From Eledone cirrhosa (lineage: Eukaryota): a stretch of DNA of 64,000 nt. A program made the translations under genes and the position numbers. Below the pieces are notes generated by a model that saw only the letters and a program-made list of their open reading frames with translations, made no database searches and had not been told where the DNA came from. Position 1 is the stretch's first letter. Every line of letters begins with the position of its first letter. Of the stretch, positions 52,935 to 64,000 are shown in pieces. The stretch spans positions 62,001-126,000 of the forward strand of contig CAXHJY010000912.1 in assembly GCA_964016885.1 (NCBI GenBank), given 5' to 3'.

Positions 52935-53790
52935 TTCTGTATGTTGATGATCATAACTGAATATGTGGAAGAACTAGAGAATAAATTCTGGCTATGGAAA
53001 CAGAACTTAGACTCAAAAGGGCCGAGAGTAACTTTAGCAAAAACGAAAATGTTAATAAGTAGGAAAGAATATAAGGGTACCTATCTCCTCAGGGAAGTGG
53101 TCTTGCTTGGTATGTACAAAAGTAGTGCCATATACAGTGTACACTGATGGTATAAACCTTTTCCAATCCCAGGTAGGACCCATAGAAGTGGTTGATAGCT
53201 TCTGTTATCTAAATGATATAATTAGCAGTGGAGGAGGGTGATCGGAGTGTATAGTAGCTAGAATAAGGTCATGATGGAAGAAGTTTAGGGAACTGCTACC
53301 CCTGCTAACAACAAAAGGTTTCTCCTTGTGAATGAAAGATTGGCTGTATGATGCCTGTGTGAAGTGCCATGTTACATGGTAGCGATACATGGGCAGTAGA
53401 TGCAGAGGACATGCAGAGGTTGGAGAGAAATGAGGCAAGTATGTTTCGATGGATGTACAATGTGAAGGTGCGAGAACAACAAAACATGGATAAACTGAGG
53501 GAGGAACTGGGTATAAGAGAAACCAGAAGTAGTGTGCAGAAGAGGAGACGGTGTTACTATGAGCATGTGATGACTCATGATTGCTGAGTGAAAAAGTGCC
53601 AAATGATCCCAGTGGAAGGATGCTGCAGTAGAGGAAGACCAAGGAAGATCTGGATGGAAGTGGTGAGAGCTGATCTCAGATTGCTAAAACCTCACAGAGA
53701 TGACAAAGGAATGTAATAAGTGGAGAGATGCTGTACTGAGAAGGAATTGTCCAACTCATGCACTCCTGGAACAACATATGATGATGATGA
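52935..53790 (+). mobile_element. Decayed RTE-type LINE 3' part
   Basis: YVDD-like start, WKQNLDSKG.RV.LAKTK, FCYL, MLHGSDTWA...LERNEASMFRWM...LREELG, RGRP; several stops and frameshifts; (gat)n tail. Confidence 0.88.
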
Positions 53791-53811
53791 TATATATAAA
53801 TACACATATAT

Positions 53812-53919
<108 letters not shown>

Positions 53920-54396
53920 CTGGGTAGCATATTTTATAAATTTGCTTACTCCAAAAGATATATAGCAGGGAAAACAGTGAGATGGGTGGGTAGTTTTGAA
54001 GAGTTCTTATATAGATAAATGTACACTACTTGATACTCTGATCCCATCCAAAGGAGGAAGAGGATATAATATATAAAACAAATATAGAGCAACAGAAACT
54101 GTAAACAAATCAATGTAGTTTTTATATTGCTATATTATTTGTGAAAAAATTCAAACCTCTTCAGATTTTTTTCTACTCCCGTCATATTTCTCTATTTCAT
54201 TTAAAACTAAAGCTATCAGACAAAAAAAATATTAGTAACTTTAAAAAATATATCTAGAAAAAATAAAATAAAAGTTATTTTCTTCCTTTTTTTTTTTTTA
54301 AATCCAGAAAATTTCTAAATATTGATTAATATTACTTTAATATATTCCTTCGAATAAATTTTCAAGAAATAATGTCAACCTTCAAGAAATACATCA

Positions 54397-54444
<48 letters not shown>

Positions 54445-54536
54445 CAAAAATCACATTTAACTAAATAGTAATGACAAAATATAATATCAATGATGATGAT
54501 AATAATAATAATAAATGTACAAAACTTAAGAGGGTG

Positions 54537-54593
<57 letters not shown>

Positions 54594-55304
54594 GTGTGTG
54601 TGTAAAAAATGAAAGAATTAGCAATAAACAGAGATTGATTTGTTAATATCAAATTGCATAGCAAAATAGATTTAGTGATGGTGATGATGATAGTGGTGAG
54701 GAGAAAGAAGGAGGAAATATAGAAAAAAGATAAATAAAAAAAATAACCCAGCAGATCAACAAAATGTAAATGAAAAAAAAAAAAAAATGAATAAAATGAA
54801 ATAAAATAAAATACAATTGCTGTTGATAAGAAATATTTCAATAAATCAAGGTTTTTATTTTACTTTTCCATAACTTATAAAAAAAATATTTTGAAAAATA
54901 TACGACTGAAAATTTTTTTTTCCATAGTTGGCGTGGAAAAAATAATTTATAGATAACAACCCAAGCATAGGGGTTTTTACTTTGAAATATTGTTTTGTAA
55001 TGGTAGTGGTGGTGATGGTATGTGATGGTGATTTGGTATTGGTGGTGCTGGTGGTCTGTGAAGATGGTTAGTTAGGGGGCTAAAGATTCTTGGACAGTAA
55101 ATAACTATCAAGAGAGGAGAAGTGAAAAATAAAAAGATCAGCTAAATGAATGAAATGGAGAAATATATGGATAGATGGGGATAAGGTGACATCAGAGCAA
55201 TATAGAAGAGAGAGAGAGAGAGCACTTTATTTCTCAGATTAAACACATAACATTAACACACAATACACACAAAAAACTCACATATACAAAAAAACTCACA
55301 ATCT

Positions 55305-55388
<84 letters not shown>

Positions 55389-56019
55389 TAAATGCATAAA
55401 AGATATGTACAAAAATACTTAGAAATGGCAGGAGTGATATAGGATGTATGATGAGTGAAAATTGAACCATATCAATTTTCCTCTTCTAAATAGTTTATTA
55501 TTACACAGATTTTTCTTTCAAAAGAAAGAAGTCAAACCACCCACCACAAAATGACAAATCATGTCTCTGGCTTTTTTTTATTATTATTATTTTCCCCCTT
55601 AATATAATATATATATATGAAAGAACCCCAGAAGTTTTGAAAACAGCTTCATTTTATACAAGATATCACAATCTTAAAATATTTATTACATTCTAAGTCA
55701 GCGGTGGTGGTGGTGGCAGTAAGCTGCTCCTTTCACAGACCTTGTCAATGTATGCCTTGATTTTTTTTTTCCCCCTGATCAGATTTCCCACAAATCATCC
55801 AAAGCTGAATGCCTTACTTATTACACACATAAATGCACATACAGACACACAAAAATACACATACACAAACACATAGAAATACACAAATACAAATACACAT
55901 GCAGTTGTGATGTTTTATGATGACTTTGAGAGAAATTTCTCATGGGTTTATTTCATATAGCAATTTGTGAATAATAACTTCCTTGGTTACAGGTTTCCAG
56001 TGGGTTAATCATCACTGCT

Positions 56020-56260
56020 TCACTGTATGACAATGAAGCATCTCTGTAAATTGATTTAAAGGGCTTCATTGGAAGAGCATCATTTTTTCACCGATACTTA
56101 CATTTTTTGCCAATATACACTGGTAAAAATTATAGATACCATTTCCATCCACTAAATTCCACTCGCAAAGTATGGGCCTGAACATAGGTAGGTACCCACC
56201 TGTTAGAAGTTCATCTTATACATCTTTTATAATAAACACATCTCTCCATAGAATTGCTTT
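56020..56260 (-). pseudogene. Possible highly decayed piggyBac transposase fragment
   Basis: Minus frame FRPIL...NFYQCILAKNVSIGEKMMLFQ resembles the SIDExMxxFxGR segment; weak. Confidence 0.25.
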
Positions 56261-57763
56261 TCTTGCCATAGGCAGTGATTGTGCTGCACTATATTTTTCT
56301 TTTTTTAATTCATGACCTTATGTTTATCAAAACTTCTCCATCCAAGCTAAATTCTTTTTATGTAAACAACTGCTTACTTACGAAGCATTAAGAAAGTTTG
56401 AAATTTGAAATGCGAGGGTCTCATTGCAGAAATAATTGGTCACTATAAATATTTGAGAAAATCAAGTAAACTAACAGTGAAAATGGGGAAAAAGTGGACA
56501 GAAGTGCAGGCGTGTAATTGGACCTTGCAGGCATCTGTCTACAATTTGCCATCTCCAAAGGAATTTTACCCAATTTTCTCAACTATTATTTACAGTGATC
56601 AACTATATTATAGTTATTTCTGCATTTGGGACACTCACATTTCATATTCTCTTTGTTGCAGTATCAACCACACACAATGTGCAAATGTTGGACCTCTGTC
56701 AGTTCAGTTGTTCAAACAACAAAACAACCTACTCGTGAAATTAATATGCAAAAAGGCTGAGCATTTCCATATGCATGTACCTATAAAGTAGTTCTCGTGG
56801 AGATTTAGCATAACACAGGGTGTAATATGAATATCCCTTTCAATTACAGGTACAACTCATTTTTGCCAGTTGAATCAACTGGAGCATTGTGAAAGAAAGT
56901 GGATTGCACCAATTTGTTCATGATAAGTGGTGTTCGTAAACTGAGGTTCCACTATATATCTACAGACACACTGAGTATGAGTGTAATTGAACATAATATG
57001 GTTTGAACAGAGAAGAATTTTCTGTAAACGAATCAAGTAAAATATACACCAGAAGGAAATAATAGAATTTGAACCTACATCTTGGAAAACTTTAGTAGTA
57101 GAAGAGGTAGGAACCATAGAATTCTTAACTACTCTCACTTTACATGTTAAACATCAGATTAGACCATTAAAGTTGAAAACTCACAGCTGTTAACCATATT
57201 TGAACTAATTCTCCTTCCTGTAAGGAGTCAGCTTCTGGAATAAACTAGGCCATTTAAATCTCACAATAAGATGGTTGTTGCTGTATACCCCCCCCCCCCA
57301 TTCCAACCCTGACCCCCCAATCTACCTCTCCCCCACCACCCCCTGCTTCTCTTCATCTCTTGTTATATAGCATTTCTTCTTTTCCTTGTTACACAGATGG
57401 AAATGTGAAAGATTTGAAGAGAAGATATTTGAAAACAAATGACCGAAAATGCCTACTGAGGAGAAAGAGGAATGCTGGGAAAGCAGACCCCCCCCCCCAA
57501 TATTTCCTCTATTTTGGATATGTGCAATGTGTGAGTGAGTGTGTGCATGTGTGTATTACAAATGATAACTAACTGGCAGTGAGTGCAGTGTGAATCTTAA
57601 TGAGAAAAGCCATAACCTCAAAAGTTTAATTTGATTTAGCGAGGAGATAAGTAAAAAATCTATTAGAATGATTTCCAAGAAATATGTCTCAGTTATTGTA
57701 ATGCAATGCTATCTACATCCAAATCGCATCATAACCATTTAATATACTAAGACATTTTATTTA

Positions 57764-58449
57764 TTAACCCATTTGATAACGACCTACTTGGAAGCAGTTT
57801 GGATTTACGATACAAAATTGCTCATTTTAAAATATACTTATATTAAAACCTTTCATCAAATTTTTTTTATTTATGTAGTGTTCAGATTAGTACTGAAAAT
57901 ATCAGATTAGTATTGAAAAAACTTTGTCATTGAATTATATTTGAAAATTAATTGAAACATATGCAGTGAATTTCATTAGAAATACGCAAACAATAGGCTT
58001 AACCCTTTAGCATTCACATTACTCTATATGTACTATTATATTTTCATGGTAAAGGCTTTACCTCGCATAATTATCTCACATAATATCGAATCTATGAGAT
58101 TTTGAAAGTATTTATTTTGAGAACAATACCGTAACATCAGTTTCAACAGAAAAAGGTAGAGTATTCTGGCTGGTTTTGGCCGGTTTGAACATTAAAGGGT
58201 TAAGAAATAAAATAAAATAAAATAAAATAGAGACATAATTTAAAATAATTCCTTAAGTTCCTTAACCCTTTAAACTGGCTGTATCTGGCAGAATTCTCTC
58301 ACCTCTTTCTAGCCCCTTATATTGACTTTAAGGTATTGTTCTCAAAATAAATAATATCAAAATCTCGAAGAAATGATATTATATGAGATAAAGTGTTTAC
58401 ATTGAAATACAATAGTAAATATAGATTAATGTAAATGCTAAAGGGTTAA
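57764..58449. mobile_element. Cluster of three TTAA-flanked piggyBac-type MITEs
   Basis: Family 2 at 57764-58002 shares a TTAA with family 1 at 57999-58203; a second, oppositely oriented family 1 copy at 58262-58449. Confidence 0.8.
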
Positions 58450-58778
58450 CAGAGACAAAATAATTGTTTCTTATATAGGAACAAAGTCAGTAATTTGCAG
58501 GATGGGAACAATAGATTAAATCAACTCTAGTAATTAACTGATACTTTATTTTCTCAACTTCAGAAGGAGAAAAGGCAAAACTGATCTAGGTGAGATCTGA
58601 ACTCAGAATTTAAGAAGTTGGAACAAACATTACAAGGCATGTTGTCCAATGCTCTTCTAACACCGTTTCTCAACCGAATGAAATAACATGTTTCATATGC
58701 ATAAGTTATAGTCTTTAGAGCTCTAATGTAAGGATTTAATGTAAAGAAACCAGAAACTAATTGTCATTATTCAATTAG

Positions 58779-58861
<83 letters not shown>

Positions 58862-59703
58862 TATAGACCTGGGAGTGAAGTGCACAGAAAGAGAGTGGAG
58901 AATCTCGAAAATATTGTGAAACCAGATTCAGAGAAAAGATAGATCAAGAAAGGTGAAATTAAGAAAGAAGAAAGGAAATAGAGAAATTAATGTAGAAAAG
59001 GGATGGACTTCTTTTTTTTCCCTTTCTTTTATTTAAAGAGGTTACAACATAAACCTTACAGGACAAGGGAAAGGTCAAGTAAAGAACATCATGTAGATGG
59101 AGAAAGAAACAAAACAAACTATACAATAACATAAGAATAGTGAATAGGAGATAAACAGTTGAAAAGCCAGATAAATTTCTTACAAACAGGCAGACCATAA
59201 TTCTTATTGATAACAGATACTTCAATGCTACAGGCATTTTAACTCCTTTGTTACCATATTTCTAATGAAAGACACTACCCACAAGTTTTCAAATAATCAA
59301 GAATTTGGTGGGATTTAATAATTGTTTCTATTTTAGGCACAAGTCCAGCAATTACCCAGTACATTACTGGTACTTTATTTTATCGACCCCGTAAGGATGA
59401 AAGGCAAAGTTAACCTCGATTTAATAATATAGCTTAAGAATGTCTTGTTAGTATGCTTCCTTATAGTTTGTTAATTCAAATGCTTGTGTTAACTTTACTA
59501 CGGTACATATTGTAAACATTTACAGTATTGTGAATATTTGCTGTATTAGAGTAAAGACTTCAATTTTTTTATGTGAAGCAGTCATAGTGTTACTTCATAT
59601 TTTCCAAGAATCTCTCCTAATGTGGTTTCATGTGGTACATGATGTTAAGAGTTAAGATGGTATAATTTGAAGGGGGTTTGCCTGCTATTGTGTCTAGGTA
59701 AAT

Positions 59704-59910
59704 ACAGGGTACAACTATACTACATTGTGATAGCTACTTATAGCTTGGTAAGACAAGGGTACAATTATACTACATTGTGATAGCGACATAGCTTGGTAAG
59801 ACAAGGGTACAACTATACTACATTGCGATAGCTACACTTATAGCTTGGTAAGACAAGGGTACAACTATACTACATTGTGATAGCTACTTATAGCTTGGTA
59901 AGACAAGGGT
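59704..59910. repeat. Minisatellite, unit about 50 bp, 4 copies plus a partial
   Basis: acaagggtacaactatactacattgtgatagctacttatagcttggtaag. Confidence 0.95.
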
Positions 59911-60508
59911 CAACAATATGGAAACTATTGCAGCAATAAAAGGGATTATATACAAGATGATTCAAGTGAAATAAGTTATTCACTTAAACCCTTTTGTCAC
60001 CATATTTCTAATGACAGACACTGCATATGGTTTTCAAATAATTTTGAAAATAATCAAGATTTTTGAGAGATTTAGTAATACATCTAACTGGTGTTTGAAA
60101 CAAAGGTTGGTACATCAAATTATGAAGGAATGTCTTTAGATAAATATAAACATTTATTATAAAACTACGGGTGGTATCAGGTAGCAAATTGCCAGAGCCA
60201 TTAGAGCATCAAATTAAATGCCTTGCTATTTGTTCTGACTCTCTGCACCCCGACTTCAAATCTTGCAAGATATCAACTTTGCTTTTCATATTATCAGGGT
60301 CAATAATTAAAGCACCAGACCAGCTGATGCAGTAGATTGGCAAAATTGACAAAGAGTCAGATGGGACTGTATCTGATCCAGCTGCACATATTCTGAATTC
60401 AAATCCTGCTTTCGCCTGCCATGCCAGGAATTGCAGATAGTATCAGTAATGGAAAGACCATTAGAAACACAGTTCCTTTGGTCTGATCTGTCGATCAGCT
60501 CTTTTCCT

Positions 60509-60697
60509 TTAACCCTTTAGCATTTACATTACTCTATATTTACTATTGTATTTTCAAGGTAAAGAAAGGCTTTATCTCGCATAATATCGAATATATGAAA
60601 TTTTGATATTATTTATTTTCCAGTTACAGCCAGTTTGAACAGAAAGAGATGAGAGAATTCTGGCTGGATGCAGCCGGTTTAAATGCTAAAGGGTTAA
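60509..60697. mobile_element. piggyBac-type MITE family 1
   Basis: TTAAccctttagcattta ... taaatgctaaagggTTAA, perfect 14-bp TIR. Confidence 0.88.
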
Positions 60698-60931
60698 CTC
60701 TGCTAAAGCAAGACAGCCTCTTATTTTCCCTAGTAAAATAATTTAAACAAAAAATTAAAGGCCTTTAAGAGCACCAGCAAAAGTGCAGATTCTATAACAA
60801 TACAAGATTCAAATTGAAATGAAGGACGTGCAATGGAGATTAAATCTGAAAAGGTGAATTTGCCAATGTATTTTCATATGAAGAAGTTTAGAAAGTAGAA
60901 GTACAGTGTAAGAAAGCAAATCCTACAGGAA

Positions 60932-60988
<57 letters not shown>

Positions 60989-61242
60989 GGGGAACTGACT
61001 GAAATGAAATTGGCACAAGGAACATAACCATGCAATGATAATAACAATAACAACATTAATAATAATAATAAAAGTATAAACAAATAATAATTTAAAAATA
61101 GTAATACATTAAAATAAAAGAACTTATATAAAAAAATATAACTGAATTGCCAGTTAAAATCAAGTTAGTGGAAAATGACAATAAGTAGCGCAGAAAATAA
61201 AATACCTTTTTTTTTTTTTTTTTTTTCCAAATTTGAAAGTGC

Positions 61243-61249
61243 ATATATA

Positions 61250-61329
<80 letters not shown>

Positions 61330-61384
61330 TATATATATATATTATATATATATATATATATTATATATATATATATATATATCT

Positions 61385-61415
<31 letters not shown>

Positions 61416-61623
61416 CTATATATATATATAATATATATATATATATCTATATATAATATATATATATATATCTATATATATATATCTATATATATATAAA
61501 TCTATATATATATATCTATATATATATATATATCTATATATATATATATATCTATATATATATATATATATATCTATATATATATATATATATATCTATA
61601 TATATATATATATATATATATAT
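61243..61623. repeat. (TA)n microsatellite with periodic TC and AA interruptions
   Basis: Direct reading. Confidence 0.98.
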
Positions 61624-62547
61624 CCTAAAATAAAAGCTAGTAAAGTTTGACAAGAACACAGCTGCAATATTGCAAAGCTGATGACATCCCCACTACAAAT
61701 AATAATAATAATAATAATAAGAGTATTCATTTTTTTTAAAGTCATCTTTATTAATAATAATATTGATCTGAATAAATATTTTATGAAATCAGCAAGACTT
61801 TGCAAACCCTTTAAGCTATGCGAAAATGTGAAATAAATAAATAAAAAAAAAAAAATGAAATAATAAATAAATAAATCAAATGTAAAAATCATGTTTAATA
61901 TATATTTTTAGACCTGCCATCTAATTTACATTCCTGGAATCCAAAAGCCCAGATATAAATGGTTTATCATTAGCAATTGGGAGGGGATGGGATGGGATGG
62001 GATGGGATGGGAGGATTAAAAAAAAAATAACAAAAAATAAAATAGATAGTTTTTTTTAAATAAATAAAAAATAGGAAAGATATATAAATATATAAATTGA
62101 AAAATATATATTTTACAAATGAATAAATAGCAAGATTTTTACTTAAAAAGGAAACTTGTTCAGTGAAGACAAGAGTAGAATTGTGAATGTTGCTACAACA
62201 GGATAACGTTGTTGTTGTTATATGGATGAAACAACAACATATTATAAAGTGAGCAGTACATATAGATTTTATTAGAGAAAACTAAAAATGTATTTTTCCA
62301 CCAAGAATTTACAGATTAAAAACATTCAACAATGTATGTATGTATCCATGTGTGGTTTGTTATGTTGTTGGGTGTTGTGAGTGGGTGTGTGTGTTGTATT
62401 GTGTTGTGTTGTGTTGTGTTGTGTGTACGTGTTTTGCGATATTAGTGTTGTGTGTGTGTGTGTTTTGCGACATTGTTGTTGTTGGAGTCTGTTTGATTTT
62501 ATCATTTTCATTTTAAATTTAACCCCTCCCCCCGACTCAAAACCACC

Positions 62548-62748
62548 ACGTCACCATCATCACCCACAATCACTGCCACAACCAACACCACAACAATCAT
62601 CCTCGTCACCACCACCATCAACACCACGACCACCATCACCATCAACATCACTACCATAACCACCATCATCACCACCACAACCATCACCATCAATACTACC
62701 ACCACCACAACAACAACCACCAACATTACTATCATTGTCATCATCATC
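62548..62748. repeat. Degenerate (CAY/CAA)n triplet tract
   Basis: Direct reading. Confidence 0.9.
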
Positions 62749-63019
62749 TTTTAACAAGCACCAATCTGCTATACATTCTTTAAGATGCTGCACTTAAAAA
62801 ATGTTTGCAGCTGCATATTTATTAGTGCAAGTCGTATATCCCTAATAATTTTAAAGTCAGGAAAGAACCTCCAACCTCCCCACAACCATCACCTACACAC
62901 TCTTCCTAAAACACCCCCATCAAGATTTTGAATAATAAATGAAGTCGAAATAAACACTTTGACATGCTAGGTTTCTAACATATGACTGTGTGTGTGTGGG
63001 GGGGGGGGGGGCCAGAAGA

Positions 63020-63054
<35 letters not shown>

Positions 63055-63359
63055 AGCAGGAACCAAAATAGTCCTAGAGAAGCATTGAGAGGAAGAGGAT
63101 GAATTGGGGGGTGGGGAGAGAGAATGGTTAGTGGCATAGTGTTTTAGAGTGTTGGACTTGGAATCCTATGGTTGTGGGTTCAATTCCTGGACTTGAGTGG
63201 CATATTGCGTCCTTGAACAAAAGACACTTCATTTTGTTTTATATCGCTTTTGAAGATAGGGAAGGAAGGAGACCAGCTAAACATGCATACGTTTGAGAGG
63301 CGTAAATTTTATTTCATTTTCTGAATGACGGTAGGGGGAGGGAGGGGTGTGTGACCGGC

Positions 63360-63780
63360 TGTAAGTGTGCATACGATGTGTGATGCTGCATGGTAGTGAG
63401 ACATGGTTAGTAAATGAAGAGGATATGCAAAAGCTGGAGAGAAATGAAGTGAGCATGCTTCAATGGATATGCATGACACAGCATGGATGAATTGAGAGAA
63501 GAACAGGATATTAGAAGAATCAGATGTGGTGTGCAAGAGAGAAGACTGCACTGGTATGGACATGTTATGTATATGGATGATGATTGCAGGCTGAAAAAAT
63601 GCCAGTAGAAAGACACCACAGTAGAGGAAGATAGAAGGGGGGAAATGGACGGAGGTGGTGAGAGCTCACAAAGGTGACAAAGGAATGCAACGAGTAGAGG
63701 GAGGGAGGGAGGCTGTGCTGGAAAAGATCAATCATACACATGAAAACATGGAAAAAGTGGATGTTAAATGATGATGATGG
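63360..63780 (+). mobile_element. Decayed RTE-type LINE 3' fragment (family of 52935-53790)
   Basis: gctgcatggtagtgagacatgg...ggagagaaatgaag..agcatgctt...agactgcactggtatggacatgtt; tail catggaaaaagtggatgttaaatgatgatg. Confidence 0.8.
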
Positions 63781-64000
63781 TGGTGGTGGTGGTGATGTGA
63801 GGGGTAAGGGTCAAAAGTTTTAAAGTGGCTCAAAACAATACAAAATAAAATCCTAACATATATATACACACACACACATACACACGCAGATATATATATA
63901 ATCCTACACACACACACACACACACACATAAGTACATATACACATGTGCCTGTACACACACACACGCAAGACTACATTGTGTTAATTTAGTCATTCCAAG

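Noticed and set aside
56405-56791. 128-aa ORF
   Set aside because: No recognisable motif, non-ATG start, no splice support.

Overview
AT-rich, microsatellite-saturated eukaryotic DNA, most likely intronic or intergenic sequence from an invertebrate. The repeat landscape suggests a cephalopod such as Octopus, but that is inference. I see no convincing host gene, and nearly all long ORFs in the track are artefacts of simple repeats. The real content is mobile DNA. The first 11 kb hold four Penelope-like element (PLE) insertions from three families, each abutting a (TA)n/(TACA)n array: (i) a GIY-YIG endonuclease 3' end at 1-1403; (ii) a young 5'-truncated RT+GIY-YIG element at 7483-10954 with a near-perfect 1.27 kb inverted arm, plus a 430 bp mini-copy at 5605-6035; (iii) an orphan UTR with a well-formed hammerhead ribozyme at 6471-6550. 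The same architecture (microsatellite, inverted arm, forward arm, short unpaired tail), often with hammerhead cores, recurs in unrelated sequences at about 25.2, 29.1, 37.5, 37.7 and 40.0 kb. The rest is tRNA-derived SINEs, RTE-type LINE fragments, mariner/Tc1/pogo and piggyBac-type MITEs, and minisatellites. All alignments and folds were done by eye.
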